Shown here: positions 1 through 12,615 of the stretch, piece after piece
Layout of the letters: each line of letters starts with the position of its first letter
Numbering within the stretch: the stretch's first letter is position 1
Position numbers and translations under genes: made by a program
Notes under the pieces: generated by a model
The model's database searches: none
What the model saw: the letters and a program-made list of their open reading frames with translations, nothing else
What the model was told of the DNA's origin: nothing
DNA from: Mobula birostris
Lineage: Eukaryota
Assembly (NCBI RefSeq): GCF_030028105.1
Contig: NC_092370.1
Span: 215,370,005-215,434,004 of the forward strand
Direction of reading: 5' to 3'
DNA: 64,000 nucleotides

Positions 1-777
1 ATTAAATGACTAAAATCAGCACAGACACCTAGTGTAAATAATGGACTGCCTTCACACAATGACATAAACTACTGCAGGATCTAAATCTTTATTTTCATCA
101 TAACGTTCATGATGATTGTCGATACCTTCAGATTCTTTGTAGTTCCTAACTTGTTGAAGAAGTGAAATCATTTCATTTTCACTCCCAGCTGTTTCTGGCA
201 TCTTTAAGCCTGAATGGTTGAAACCACACTGAGCAAAACAGTTCTGAATTGTCTTCCTGCTTACTTCTGATGAGAAATAAGCAGTAAGACACAAGGAGTA
301 AGAATTTAGAATTGTTTTGCTCACAGCAGTTTCAAGCATTCAGGTTTGGAAATGCCAGAAACTATTTCAACAAGTTAGGAACTATGAAGAATCTGAAGGT
401 ATCAACAATCATCTTGAATGTTGCAATGGAAATGAAGATTCGCATGATGCAATCGTCGAAGGAATTGTACAAAGGTATTCCATTATCTGCACTAGGTGAT
501 TTTGTTCATTTACATTCAATCAAAAGAACATGGCAACATACCATCAATAAGTGCTAGGAACCAATACACAAATTTATCATACTGTAGTGGTATTGATAAG
601 GCTCTCATTTGTTCTGTATTTCATTTAAATATATAATTTGTTACTCAGCCGAATGGTAGTTTGTCTTTTTTAATACCTTTTTAACTATTTCCATGAAAGT
701 TCAGCTGATTTGGGCAGCCGCTTAATTGAGCCAAAATGTACTCGTCTCGATGTGTCCCAATTAACCTGAATCCACTA
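1..777. mobile_element. Tigger/pogo-like non-autonomous DNA transposon remnant, truncated by the window start
   Basis: The right end (…cccaattaacctgaatccacta|ta) and subterminal sequence match, in reverse orientation, the TA-flanked element at 28824-29465. Contains degenerate transposase-like fragments. Confidence 0.6.
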
Positions 778-1853
778 TAGTTTGAAGAAAAAAATTATAC
801 TATAATTGAAAATAGCCAGTTAATGTGTCAGATGTCCAATATACAACCTGAGTTTATTTCTGAAGATTTAATATATTTCTCTCCTTACATGATCAAAAGT
901 TTACCAAGCAGATCTGTCACTTCAAAATAGAAACTTCAAAGTAGGGAAGTTTGCAAAATGGGATTCATTTTACACTGCTGGGATAGTTCAATCATAACCT
1001 TGCAACATATTGCTGATAGTGACACTGACAGAATTTTTACAAATAACAAAAAAATGTAGGTCACATCCAGGAGATAGTCTGGTAGAAGGAAACAGAAGAA
1101 TGGAGAATATAGGATCACTGTAGGCTATTTTAGAAAATGAATTCTCCATACAAGACTATAATAATAACTCTGATGAAGGTTCTTTAACAGAATCCATTTC
1201 TCTCTGCGTTCACTGATGCTACCTTACATGCTCAGCACTTCCAGTATTCTTTTTATTTCATGATTAATTATTCTAACTAGTCTAATTCTTGCTGCACAAT
1301 AACAGTACCATCAGTGATGGCAAAATTATTTTTAGAATTAGAAATCTTCTGGTTTTACTGTTCAATTCACATTGATGTAATAAAAATAAAATGTATCCTT
1401 TGGCTCGAACAAATCTGCAGGCCAAATAAATTTTATATAATTTGATCAATCAAAATTGTGCTCACTGAATTTAAATAAACTTTACTAATTACTTCAGTAT
1501 TATTTGTACAGATCTCCTTAGACCAAACTTATTAACTCACTATTTCACAAATATGCAACTTTCTATCAAAAGTTCATGTCAGTGGGTGGATTCAATACCC
1601 TACAACTATCCTATTTTCACATTCCAAAAGACAATTCTGACAATTGTACATGGTTTATCATGGTTCACAATTTATCATGGTTTACAATTCTTTACCTGTT
1701 AAATGACATTGAACAAATTGTAAGCTGCTAAATTGCAAGTGCAAGAGATTGGTAAAAAATGTTATTGGCCTTTGTCTAATTGTTTTCATCTTTACTGTCC
1801 TTACTGATAAGCAATTATTCAATTCACACACGTCAAAATCCATACACGTATAT

Positions 1854-3228
1854 TGTGGGGAGAACCCCGACCCGTGGTACCAGCAGCATGGAGGCGCCGG
1901 GTGTTCAACACGCTGCACGACCTGGCCCACCCGTCCACCCAGGCGTCCATCAAGCTGGTAGCAGAGTCATCTGGCACTGTTTGTGCAAACAGGTCGGACA
2001 CTGGGCCAGGACCTGCGTACACTGCCAGACCACCAAAGTCCAGCGGCATGTGAAGGCTCCCCTCCAGCAGTTCCAGCCGACGCACAGGAGGTTCTAACAC
2101 ATCTATGTGGACATCGTTGGCCCCCTGCCAGTCTCCCGGGGCGCCAGGTATATCTTTACCATGGTAGACAGGTTCACCAGGTGGCCGGAAGCCGTACCGC
2201 TCGCAGACACGTCCACTGAGTCCTGCGCCAGGACGCTCATTGCAAACTGGATCGCCGGGTTCGGCCTCCCAACGGACATCACCTCCGACAGAGGGGTGCA
2301 ATTCACGTCTAGTTTGTGGATAGCACTGGCGCAGCTCCTGGGCACTTAGCTGCATCACACCACAGCGTACCATCCCCAGTCCAACGGTTTGGTAGAGCGA
2401 ATCCACCGGCATCTCAAGTCGGCCCTGAAGGCGCGCCTCAGGGGCCCCAACTGGACAGATGAGCTTCCCTGGGTCCTACTGGGCACCCGCACAGCCCCCA
2501 AGGGGGACCTGGACACCTCGGTAGAATTGGTCTATAGCGCCCCCGACGGTCCCAGGCGAGTTCGTACCAGAGGCCCAAGGTCCAGAAGAAACTCCAGCAG
2601 CGGTGCTAACGAGGCTGCAGGACAAGGTAGGGACCCTGGCACTAGTCCCAACCTCCAGACATGGTCCACGCCATCCTTCACCCCTGAAGACCTCCGAGAC
2701 TGTGAGTATGTTTTTATTCGCAGGAGCATGCACAGGTCACCTCTACAGTGGCCGTACGAGGGACCCTTCGAGGTGATCCGGCACAACGGAACCACGTGTG
2801 TCGTGGTGGTGGGTGGCTGGGAAGAGACTTTTACAGTGGACTGCCTCAAACCGGTGCACTTGGACATTCAGCAACCAGTGAGGGTACCTACACCATGCCA
2901 GCGAGGCCGGCCACCCAGGCACGTCACACAGACTGGGGGCTCCACTCCCCTGATGGACGTTTCTGGGCGGGTGGTGTGGCGGCCCGCACACGCGGGACTC
3001 GAACCGCCATCGGGAGCCGCAGGCAGACACGTGGTAGTGCGTTTGGAACTACCCGCTCGAGGCGGAACTTCTGGGGACAGTCTGGCGTCACGCCTGCCCC
3101 GTGGGTCGCAGGGGCCCATGGGAGGGGAGACTTAAGCGCGTGATTTTGAATCAGTAAAGGCATTCTGAGTTCAGCTCTCTCTGCCTCCTTGTGTTTCTTT
3201 AGTAGCGCGTTTGCACGCAACTATAACA
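1854..3228 (+). mobile_element. Truncated Gypsy/Ty3 LTR retrotransposon: frameshifted integrase plus 3' LTR (~2975-3228)
   Basis: Integrase motifs across frames: HxxxH…CxxC, DIVGPLP…VDRFTRWPEA…ITSDRGVQF, HPQSNGLVERIHR, and a GPY/F motif (PYEGPFEV). A G-rich PPT-like tract precedes TGTGGC at 2975, and the LTR ends near …AACA at 3228. In-frame stops are present. Confidence 0.85.
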
Positions 3229-4114
3229 TATGCTATTAGCAGTCATTAAGAGGTATATTCCCATAGCTTGCTTACATTATCTGCAACAAGGTAGTTGGAG
3301 TAAAAGAAAAACTAAATTATTGAGGTTTTTAGCTTATGGTGAACAAAATTAAATAAAATCATCAACTGAAAACCTGGATAGCGACTAATTCTCAAAAGAA
3401 ATTTATTTAGCTTTTTGAAATGGGGTGAGAGACTGGGAGATCAGACAGAATGGTGCATTGCAGAAAGAAGGGCAGGTGAATTACCACAGGATATGAGGAA
3501 GAATCAAATAAGGATGAGAGGCCTGGAGAGGGAGGAAAAGCCAGGAGATGGAGGAGATAGGATGGATTGATATGGACTGAACAACTCAATTTAAAACTGC
3601 TGAAGAGACACAAAGTCCTCCAGTGGGCTGAGCCCTCTGAAGTGCTGGAATGATAATACAAATCCAACCTTTCATAACTTTCGCTATAATTGCTTGTCTA
3701 ATGTGATTTAGCATTTATAGTCATGCTTTGATTCAATAAGGATCAGGTGTTATCTCGAATAGTTTGGGCTAAATTTGGATTAAAAATCCTTGCATAATTC
3801 TTATATGAAATATATTAATGTACCCTTCAGCTTAATACTGTATCTTAGAAATGAAACTGGACTTAGACCAGAGTATATAAAAAGTTTGGTTATCTGTTTA
3901 TCACTCAGACAGATTAATAACATTTCAGTTTAATTTCTGAATTTTATGCCTGCATTAAAAGAAAGACCATGTTATAGATAAGGATGTTAAAGTTATCTAT
4001 TCCACACAAGTATCTCAAAAGCCCGTCTATGATTTATTTTTCTGCATTATTCTTCAGCATTATTTCTGCATTAATCATCCTCATAACCTTTTTGTACCAA
4101 ACACAAATTCCTAT

Positions 4115-5001
4115 TGTGACGAGAATACACATAAATTAAGATGTTAGCTGGCCTGGGCTGGCACCAGTGGGATCAACAGTTGGTCTGCCACCTGTCTTCA
4201 GGAGAAAGAGAGATAAGGAAAACAATGGAGTAGCATTTGGAGATGTTAATGAAGGGATGGGAGTGAGTAACGGAAGGAGAGCAGTCAAGATCGGCTCCCC
4301 CTTTGAACCCTGAACTGTTTGAAGTGATGGACAGGCGACACCCCAGCAGGGGGATAAAAAGGGACAGGTTCGCAAAGGCAACACACACATGACACCCCGA
4401 GGTAACGAGACCCTGGAAGCGGTGCGTCTCCCACAAGTCGGTGGGAAGTTTTGGAAGGCTGGTTGCGGGACCAAGCCATAGACGCACAGGGTGGAAAGGC
4501 ACGATCAGTGGGAACCTGGTGTGTGTCCGCCCTTGCCTGGGTGCCAGGTTCACCGCAGAGAAACGATCGTATCTGGAAACGGAGGGGTCACGGTCGGTGA
4601 CCTCAGATGACATCACAAAGGGCTCGCCCGAAAGCTGACTGCGAAGAATGTCGAAGGTCTGTGTGGAAGCCGTTTGAATATTCATTCGTTTTGCTCTCTC
4701 TCTCCTCCCCCCCCACTGTCCACCTCCCACGGCAGCGATTACTGCGAACTGAACTGAACTTTGCGTCACTTTGAAACTGGTCATTTACTCCTAGACAACG
4801 ATACAGCTTGATTGATCCTGTTATCTTAATTCTGTGTACATGTGTGTTTATCATTGCTGAACTGTTGCATTTATTATCCTTTTGATTAGAGTACTGTGCT
4901 GCTTCTTTCTTTAATAAAACTTTCTTAGTTCTAGTAATCCAGACTCCAACTGAATGATCCATTTCTGCTGGTTTGGCAACCCAGTTACGGGGTATGTAAC
5001 A
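4115..5001 (+). repeat. 5' LTR (887 bp)
   Basis: TGTGAC…GTAACA. About 97% identical to 8273-9179 by manual comparison (roughly two dozen substitutions, two indels). Confidence 0.95.
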
Positions 5002-5005
5002 TAAG

Positions 5006-5024
5006 TGGGGTTCTTGTCCGCGAT
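5006..5024 (+). promoter_or_regulatory. Primer-binding site, degenerate tRNA-Pro type
   Basis: TGGGGTTCTTGTCCGCGAT, 4 nt after the 5' LTR, resembles the canonical tRNA-Pro PBS TGGGGGCTCGTCCGGGAT. Confidence 0.7.
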
Positions 5025-5100
5025 TTTGAACGCTAAATTTGGGACGGAGTAAATTGATTGGGTTAAAATTCCCAAAAGAAAGAAAAGACAATCAGCAGAA

Positions 5101-7350
5101 ATGACTGCTGAGGAATTTATAAAGGCGCCGACCTTGGAGGCATTAGAGGATGCCAGGAAAGTGGAATTGGTAGCTGTGGCCAAATGGTTGAATCTTGCTA
5201 AGGGGAAGTCGATAATGAGGAGAGAGGAGATACACAGAGCTATCGTAGAGCACTATGTATCTAAAGGTGTGTTTCCCCAAGGGGAGCTGGAGGTGGTGTC
5301 TATTGAAAAACCTGCTAGAGATGCGGTACAGGTGCAGCTTGAAAAACTGAGACTCGAGCACGAGTTCCGGGTACGGCAGTTAGAACACGAAGAGAAGCAG
5401 TTAGAAAGGCAGGAGAGAGAGTTAGAAAGTGGGAGAAAGAGAAACAGTTAGAAAGGCAGGAGAAAGAGAAAGAGTTAGAAAGGCAGGAGAGAGAGTTAGA
5501 AAGGCGGGAGAAAGAGAAACAGTTAGAAAGGCAGGAGAAAGAGAAAGAGTTAGAAAGGCAGGGGAGAGAGAGAGAGACAGTTGGAGCGAGAGGAGAAACA
5601 GAGGGAAAGGGAATTCGAGCTGGAGAAGTTAAAGATAAGGGCAGAGCAGGGGCCCGTGCCGAACCAAGGTGGAGGGTTCCGGGCGACCCAGGAGGTTAGG
5701 CTGGTTCCCCCATTTGACGATACCGACGTGGATCGGTACTTTCTCCATTTCGAAAAAGTGGCTACAAGTCAGGACTGGCCGAGGGATAAGTGGGCTGTTT
5801 TGCTTCAGAGTGTACTGAAAGGGAAAGCCCAACAAGCTTACTCAGCTTTGTCCGCAGAACATGCCCAGAGGTATGAGGTGGTGAAAGAGGCCATCCTCAG
5901 GATTTATGAGTTGGTCCCAGAGGCATACCGGCAGAGGTTCCGGAATGCGAGGAAACAGTGGGACCGCACGTATTTAGAGTTTGCCCGTGAGATGCAGACA
6001 TATTGTGAGCGTTGGTGCGCCTTGAAGGGGGTAGACAGGGATTATGACAGACTGCTACAGCTGATCCTGATTAGGCAGTTCAAAGGTTGTGTCCCTGAGG
6101 GTATGAGACCCTACCTAAATGAGAAAGAGGCAGCCACGTTAGCCGCAACTGCTAAGTTAGCGGATGAGTATGCGTTGACGCATAAAATGAAGTTTGCCCC
6201 GAGTAAAGGCTACCAGAAGGGTAGTCAAGACGGTGGGGAGAGTCCGCCAGAAAAGTCAGAAAGTAAGCCAGGGACTAGTGAGAAGGATAAGGTAGACCGG
6301 GAGCAGTCTGGTAGGAAGTCTCCTGGGGTCGTCTGTTATAACTGCGGGAAAGTCGGACACTTTGCGTCCAGGTGCTTTGCCCCAAAGAAGGAGACGGGAA
6401 AAGGAAAAACGGCGATTTTGACTGGCTGTATCGAGCTGGTATACGAACCGCTAGGAGGGGACAGGTCTGCCAAAGTTCAGGAAGGGCGTGAGAAGTTTAT
6501 CTCGGCCGGATTGGTGTCGGTGAAGGAGGGGTTGAAACCAGTTCCAGTGCGGATCTGGAGAGACACGGGAGCGTGTCAGTCACTGATACTGAAGAGTGTA
6601 TTAGAGTTTAGCTCAGAGACCCAGACTGGGGAGGTCAAGGTCAAAGGTATTGGGGAAGGGACAGAGGCAGTCCCTTTGCACCAGATACACTTACAAAGCA
6701 ACCTGGTCTCTGGACTAGTCACGATCGGGGTGAGGTCCGAATTACCGATGAAAGGCGTGGAAGTCTTGCTCGGTAATGACCTCGTCGGGGGAATCGTGTT
6801 CCCAGCAGCAAGATTGACAGGTCAGCCTGCCAGCATTGAGGCCCCGCCCATGGACTCACAGGTTCATCACGGGACTGCGGTAGTAAATTTAGCTGAGACA
6901 TTTCTGCCAGCCTTGTACGAGAAGGGGGTAGAAAGTGAAAAGAAGGAGTGTAGTGAAACAAGAGGTAGTGAGGGAGCTGAGACAGACTTAGCATTAGTCA
7001 GGAAAGAATTTGTGCAGGCACAGGAGCGAGACGAGGGGCTGATGGTTTTGGCGGAGACAGCTCCCTCTGACGCAGAATTAACAAGGGAACCAGTAGGCTA
7101 TTGTGTGGAGGAGGAAGTGCTAAGGAAGAAAGGGAAACCAAGTACCGTACCCGCAGATGAGGAATGGGGGGTGGTGCAAAAGAGTTATGGGGATGAGATT
7201 TTTAACCTGGCCCACAAGGTACATTTTGCGGTGCTGGAGGAAACAGTTGGTGGAATCATGAAAGAGGTTTACCAGCTGCCCAGGAGGAAGGATGTTATTG
7301 ATCATGGCAGACGCGAACTGAGAGACGGTCACAGGCTTTTGATATGCTAA
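5101..7350 (+). pseudogene. gag-protease ORF of the Gmr1-like element, interrupted by a stop in a repeat array; open from 5581 to 7350
   Basis: ORFs 5101-5451 and 5581-7350 share a frame. They encode a capsid/SCAN-like region (VPPFDDTDVDRYFLHFEKVA…YELVPEAYRQRFR), a zinc knuckle CYNCGKVGHFASRC, an aspartic protease RDTGA, and then a degenerate integrase N-terminus. Confidence 0.85.
5398..5577 (+). repeat. Purine-rich 21/27-bp tandem array inside gag
   Basis: About 7 units of (C/G)AGTTAGAAAGGCAGGAGA(AAGAGA)(G/A)A, encoding (Q/E)LERQE(KE)K/R in the gag-sense frame. Confidence 0.9.
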
Positions 7351-7642
7351 CAAACCTAGTCGGTGTTAGCGCAGAAATCAATGAAGCTAGGGTCTCCCTG
7401 ATAAGAAAAAAAAACATTTTGAAAAGATGAGTATGGTATCGACCAGATGGGAGAAGGCTATTGTTTTGGCCAGTTCTGCTGATAAGGTCTCTCCCTTAAT
7501 CCCCGAACAAAGCAACTCTTTAGGAGAAGTAATTAAACGACTCGCACACATATGTTTGATTGTCCCGAGGCGATACAAAGAACTGGGACGTTGGGTGGTG
7601 TTTGGTACGCTAGGATAGCCTAGTGAGCAACACCCCTATAGA

Positions 7643-8150
7643 ATGAGTAATTCAGTGACGAAAGGGCTGACGAACACAGAGGTGGGTATTGGCGATGTAA
7701 TACGGCTGTCTGAAGCCAGCTTGATAGTGAACCTTGAAAAAAATGAGTTCGGCCACACGAAGGTCACTTATCTGGGAATTGTGGTGACACAGGGGCAGCT
7801 GGCAGCAATGCAAGCTAAAGTGCGGGCTATCTCTGACATCCCAACCCCGACAGACAAGAGGGCCCTCAGAAGGCTCTTGGAGATGGTGGGGTACTGTAGG
7901 AAGTTTTGCAATAACTCTGCGGTTACTACCCCTCCCCCTCCTACTAAGCCCTTGCGAGAGAAAACTAAGTCGGAATGGGACGACCCTGTTATTGTGGTCC
8001 GGGATGAAACCCAATAAGAGGTTACATTGATCGCAATTCATCAGTGTTTTTGGCCACTATGAAGTTTGCTAAGTTGGAGCCTGGTCTAAGGGATTATTAA
8101 TAACACATATAAAAGGAACAGAAAATGTGATGGCTGACTGTCTGTCAGGT
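7643..8150 (+). pseudogene. RT C-terminal and RNase H remnant of the Gmr1-like element
   Basis: RLSEASLIVNLEKNEFGHTKVTYLG…PTPTDKRALRRLLEMVGYCRKF (RT thumb), then HIKGTENVMADCLS (RNase H end) just before the PPT. No YxDD core seen. Confidence 0.8.
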
Positions 8151-8272
8151 GTAGACAACTTCAAATTCACTGTATTAGCCAAATAGCTGATAAAGATGTA
8201 TATCTGTGTGTATCAAATACTGTATTCATGTTTGTAATTTTTACCCCGGTAAAAATCCTTAAAGGTGGTAAG

Positions 8273-9179
8273 TGTGATGAGAATACACATAAATTAAGAT
8301 GTTAGCTGGCCTGGGCTGGCACCAGTGGGATGAGCAGTTGGTCTGCCACCTGTCTTGTCTTCAGGAGAAAGAGAGATAAGGAAAACAATGGAGCAGCATT
8401 TGGAGATGTTAATGAAGGGATGGGAGAGAGTAATGGAAGGAGAGCAGTCAAGATCGGCTCCCCCTTTGAACCCTGAACTGTTTGAAGTGATGGACAGGCG
8501 ATACCCCAGCAGGGGGATAAAAAGGGACAGGTTCGCTAAGGCAACACACACACGACACCCCGAGGTAACGAGACCCTGGAAGTGGTGTGTCTCCCACAAG
8601 TTGGTGGGAAGTTTTGGAAGGCTGGTTGCGGGACCAAGCCATAGACGCACAGGGTGGAAAGGCACGATCAGCGGGAACCTGGTGTGTGTCCGCCCTTGCC
8701 TGGGTGCCAGGTTCACCGCAGAGAAACGATCGTATCTGGAAACGGAGGGGTCACGGTCGGTGACCTCAGATGACATCACAAAGGGCTCGCCCGAAAGCTG
8801 ACTGCGAAGAATGTCGAAGGTCTGTGTGGAAGCCGTTTGAATATTCATTCGTTTTGCTCTCTCTCTCCTTCCCCCCCACTGTCCATCTCCCACGGCAGCG
8901 ATTACTGCGAACTGAACTGAACTAAATTGAACTGAACTTTGCGTCACTTTGAAACTGGTCATTTACCCCTAGACAACGATAGAGCTTGATTGATCCTGTT
9001 ATCTTAATTCTGTGTACATGTATGTTTATCATTGCTGAACTGTTGCATTTATTATCCTTTTGATTAGAGTACTGTGTTGCTTGTTTCTTTAATAAAACTT
9101 TCTTAGTTCTAGTAATCCAGACTCCAACTGAGTGATCAATTTCTGCTGGTTTGGCAACCCAGTTACCGGGTACGTAACA
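8273..9179 (+). repeat. 3' LTR (907 bp)
   Basis: Preceded by PPT AAAGGTGGTAAG. Has a 5-bp duplication and three extra GAACT-type units relative to the 5' LTR. Followed by TSD CTAT. Confidence 0.95.
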
Positions 9180-9639
9180 CTATGAAAAACAGTTAGGCGA
9201 GGTGCTCATGATTTAAGTCAAATGGAAATCTAAGATTACATTACCTGTTGTTAAACAGTGTCATTGTCAATGCAACACCATTCACCGGTGAATTGCTATA
9301 AATACTATATATTTCACTAAAGAATACCGGGATATACCGGGGGGGGGGGAGAAACTTGCTCTACATTTCTGTGATTTGCAATTTCTTTGTTAATTTAATC
9401 TTTACAGGTTTGATTATAAACTCAAATACACATATAAGTAGCTGATATTAATACAGCTTTCCATCCTTAAAAAATAACTTGCCTGGCAACAATGATGCGT
9501 AATTAATCATTTGTGCTGCATGGTTCTTGCAGTGTTGCAGGCAGAAACTAAAACTTTAATTCATTCGTTTTTTTTTTAATCTATGCTTTTCATCTATATA
9601 TGTTTTTACACTACAACAAAAATTGAAAAAGGTAAACAG

Positions 9640-10090
9640 AACTCGGATCCACGGCACCCACTACATCATCATGTGCCAGTTTCCAACTGTCTAAGATCGA
9701 GGAAAAACTTTGCTACAGTAGAGGAACTACCGCATGGAACATTCCCCCAAACATACAGGATTGACCTCTGGCAACAAACAGAAACCAGAACTCCACCAAA
9801 CAATACAGTGCAAGACCCCACAGAAATGTTACCAGATGGGGCACTGCTTGACAGATGGAAGTGGTGCACTCTCAACAGAGCGAGAGCGGGAGTTTGTAGG
9901 ACAGGAGACAATATGGTGAAGTGGGGTTTAAAGACCAGTGAATCTTGTGAGTGTGGCGAAAGGGTGCAGGACATTGAACATGTTTTGTGCAACTGCCCAC
10001 TCTCACCTGATTTAGCTGACACTGACCTGTTCAACATCAATCAAACAACACCAGAGTGGCTGGCTGTCTGATGTGAATTAGTCTGGATAC
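9640..10090 (+). mobile_element. 3' fragment of a non-LTR retrotransposon (Ingi/Vingi-like)
   Basis: C-terminal motif WCTLNRARAGVCR…KWG…CECGERVQDIEHVLCNCP, a CCHC finger typical of I-group/Vingi ORF ends. Confidence 0.6.
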
Positions 10091-10387
10091 AATAATTTCT
10101 ACTTGTTGGCTGTGAAAAAGCACGAGTATGTCATCAATCAGCAAAATGAAAGAAAACCTTTAAAACTATAAACAAAAGCATTTTTCAATAATGTTTTGTG
10201 ATTTTTTTTGACGTACTGAATTACAATTTCTTACTGAAATCAATGGCAGCAACTCCACTTTACTATCACCTGTACATCTAGTTAACCTATCCTATATATT
10301 AATAGAATTAACTCGTCTGACCCAAATACTTAGTTCTATACAGATCACTAGTTATAAAATCTTTCAAATCTCTGTTTACTAAGTCTT

Positions 10388-10560
10388 TGCAAACAACAGG
10401 AATTCTGCAGATGCTGGAAATTCAAGCAACACACATCAAAGTTGCTGGTGAACGCAGCAGGCCAGGCAGCATCTCTAGGAAGAGGTACAGTCGACGTTTC
10501 AGGCCGACACCCTGACGATGCTGCCTGGCCTGCTGTGTTCACCAGCAACTTTGATGTGTG
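10388..10560 (-). mobile_element. Short fold-back Penelope-like element (pLTR end only)
   Basis: Same 3' sequence as 26103-27993, with an internal inverted repeat. Flanked by a near-perfect TSD ttacta(a/t)gtctt (10376-10387 and 10561-10572). Confidence 0.8.
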
Positions 10561-11049
10561 TTACTATGTCTTACTAGTTTTTTTAAATTCATCTTCCTAA
10601 TTGAAGCAAAAAGTTATTGCAAAACAAATACAGGGAAGACATGCTGTTTTCGCTGTTCTAATATACATTTCAAAACAGAAAATATGTAAAAGGCAGAACA
10701 TAGGTGAGATGATAACTAAATATGAAAAATCAGGACATTCTCAAGGCAATAATATTTTATATTATAGATTCAAATCTACTTAAAAAAGCTTAATTAGTAA
10801 ACAATTACATTTAGTATTTAATAAACTCCTAGTCTCATTCAAATCTGAACTTGATTATTCAAAATAACAGTAATGATTGTGTATTCTGCTGGTGTTGCTT
10901 AGATCCAAATCTACATCTACAACTGCACAGAACAAAATGCCTCCATCAGAGGCAACAACTTAAAAGCCAGAGAAAATACTCAACTGCAAAGCAATTCCAT
11001 TTAAAAATAATACACCAAACTTATTACAGATGGAAATGTACTTAAAGCT

Positions 11050-11079
11050 ACACACACACACACACACACAAACAAACAC
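11050..11079. repeat. (CA)n microsatellite
   Basis: Run of acacacacacacacacacaca followed by aacaaacac. Confidence 0.85.
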
Positions 11080-11662
11080 TAGGAATAATATAATTAATGT
11101 AAGGTCTTTCTTTTTACATAAATTAGCAAATTATCAAAGATAGTCCCAATAGGTTTTGTCAATTTTGCAGTGTTAAAAAGGATAGATTACTATAGTCACG
11201 CTCACGTGTACAAATTATCTGTTTCAGATTCTTAAACCCAAGGCACCAGAGCATTTTCACTGTTAATGTGTCAAACAGCCATGTAAGGGTGATCAATCAC
11301 TGATTTCTACAATCACCTTCCACTAAAGAGTTTTTCTAGATAGACTCATGTGTAGGAAAAAATGACCACATACTGCTATTACCCCATGGCAAAATGAGCT
11401 CTTCAATTTTATTTTTGTCTTTGGTGTTTACACCATAAAGTCTTAAGAACCCCTTGGTGTCTTATACTGCAAGTATAGGGCCTGCCACATTGCCTGACAT
11501 TACAAGTATTCAGTTTCAAAAGTATATTCAATTAAAAGTATAGTAAAGCAGAATCTTTCATCAGCAGATCACAAAAGACACTAATTAATTTTTTTCTTGG
11601 TACAAGTTTAAGATATAACATACCTTCATCAAGTTGGCCAAGAGCAGCAGGATCATGGGAAC

Positions 11663-11930
11663 GTCCCTTTATAACAGAAATTTGAAGGAAGTTCTTTAGC
11701 CAGAAGGTGGTGAATATGTGGAATTCTTGCCACAGATGGTGGTGGAGGGCAAGCCATTAGGTACATTTAAAGCAGAGGTCAATAGGTTCTTGATTAGTAA
11801 GGATGTCAAAGGTTACGGGGAAAGGGCAATAATATTGGGTTGATAGATAATAAATCAGTTTTGATGAAATGGCGGAGCAGATTCAATGGGACGAATGGCT
11901 TAATTCTGCTTTTATGTCTAATGGTCTTAA
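11663..11930 (+). mobile_element. CR1-like LINE 3' fragment
   Basis: FFSQKVVNMWNSC-type ORF2 end and a 3' UTR similar to the other CR1 copies in the window. Confidence 0.7.
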
Positions 11931-12615
11931 TTTCATTAAAGTAATTGCTTCCTTTACTGTGGAAATTTTCAACCCAGTTAGTTTGCTATCAAATTAACAC
12001 AGATAGTTTGTTTATTTCATAAAAGATGGCTCTTTTGATGAAGGAGTTCAAGATAACAAGATGGGTCATGAAATGGATGCAAAATTATAGAACTCTTATG
12101 ACAGTGTATTAAAATAAATACCTAGCCGAGAAGCTAACTGCCTACAAAAGCTCCTCTTTTAGAAAGGATTATTCCCCCCCCCCCATAACCTTTACTTTAA
12201 TTCTGTTAGTTACTTCTAATCTGTAACATTTTAGTGATATGAACACTACATAACTTAATACCTTTTTAAAATTAAGTTTATAATGGATCATATTTGGTAC
12301 CTTAAAGTGCCTAAAGCTTACAGCTACACTTGTAAATTAAGTTTCAATATTCCGCATTCACTTTCAATTATGTACAGAGGATCTCAACATCACCTATGAA
12401 ACTATGTTGCAATATTGCATTTGTTCAGAATAAACTAATTTTAAACACTTCTACTCATTAACCTCCACAGTAAAGATTCATTTGAAGACCTGCAGTGTCG
12501 GCTAGTATCTGCATTCTGTTGTGTCCTTGGGTACACAACTTAAGGAGAACTGCAACCTTTTCTTCATTAAAAAAATGTTTTCAGTATCACCATACATCAA
12601 CCTAAAACTGGCTTG

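Larger units (their letters stand above)
4115..9179 (+). mobile_element. Gmr1-like (SCAN-gag) Gypsy LTR retrotransposon, internally deleted, both LTRs present
   Basis: Two TG…CA LTRs (4115-5001 and 8273-9179), a perfect 4-bp TSD CTAT (4111-4114 and 9180-9183), a tRNA-Pro-like PBS and a PPT. The internal region runs gag (SCAN-like, CCHC), PR, IN remnant, RT remnant, RH remnant. Confidence 0.93.

Noticed and set aside
4136-4784. ORFs of 112-222 aa on both strands in the LTRs (also 8294-8962)
   Set aside because: They lie wholly in LTR sequence, differ in frame and length between the two LTRs, and show no domain motifs.
5398-5577. Repeat array as a possible CRISPR
   Set aside because: No unique spacers, eukaryotic context, and it is a coding tandem repeat in gag.
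9245-9295. Possible 51-nt TOGARAM1 cassette or poison exon (TATAG acceptor, CAG|GTAATG donor, in-frame TAA)
   Set aside because: Splice-like signals alone are common, and the peptide does not resemble TOGARAM1; there is no transcript evidence.
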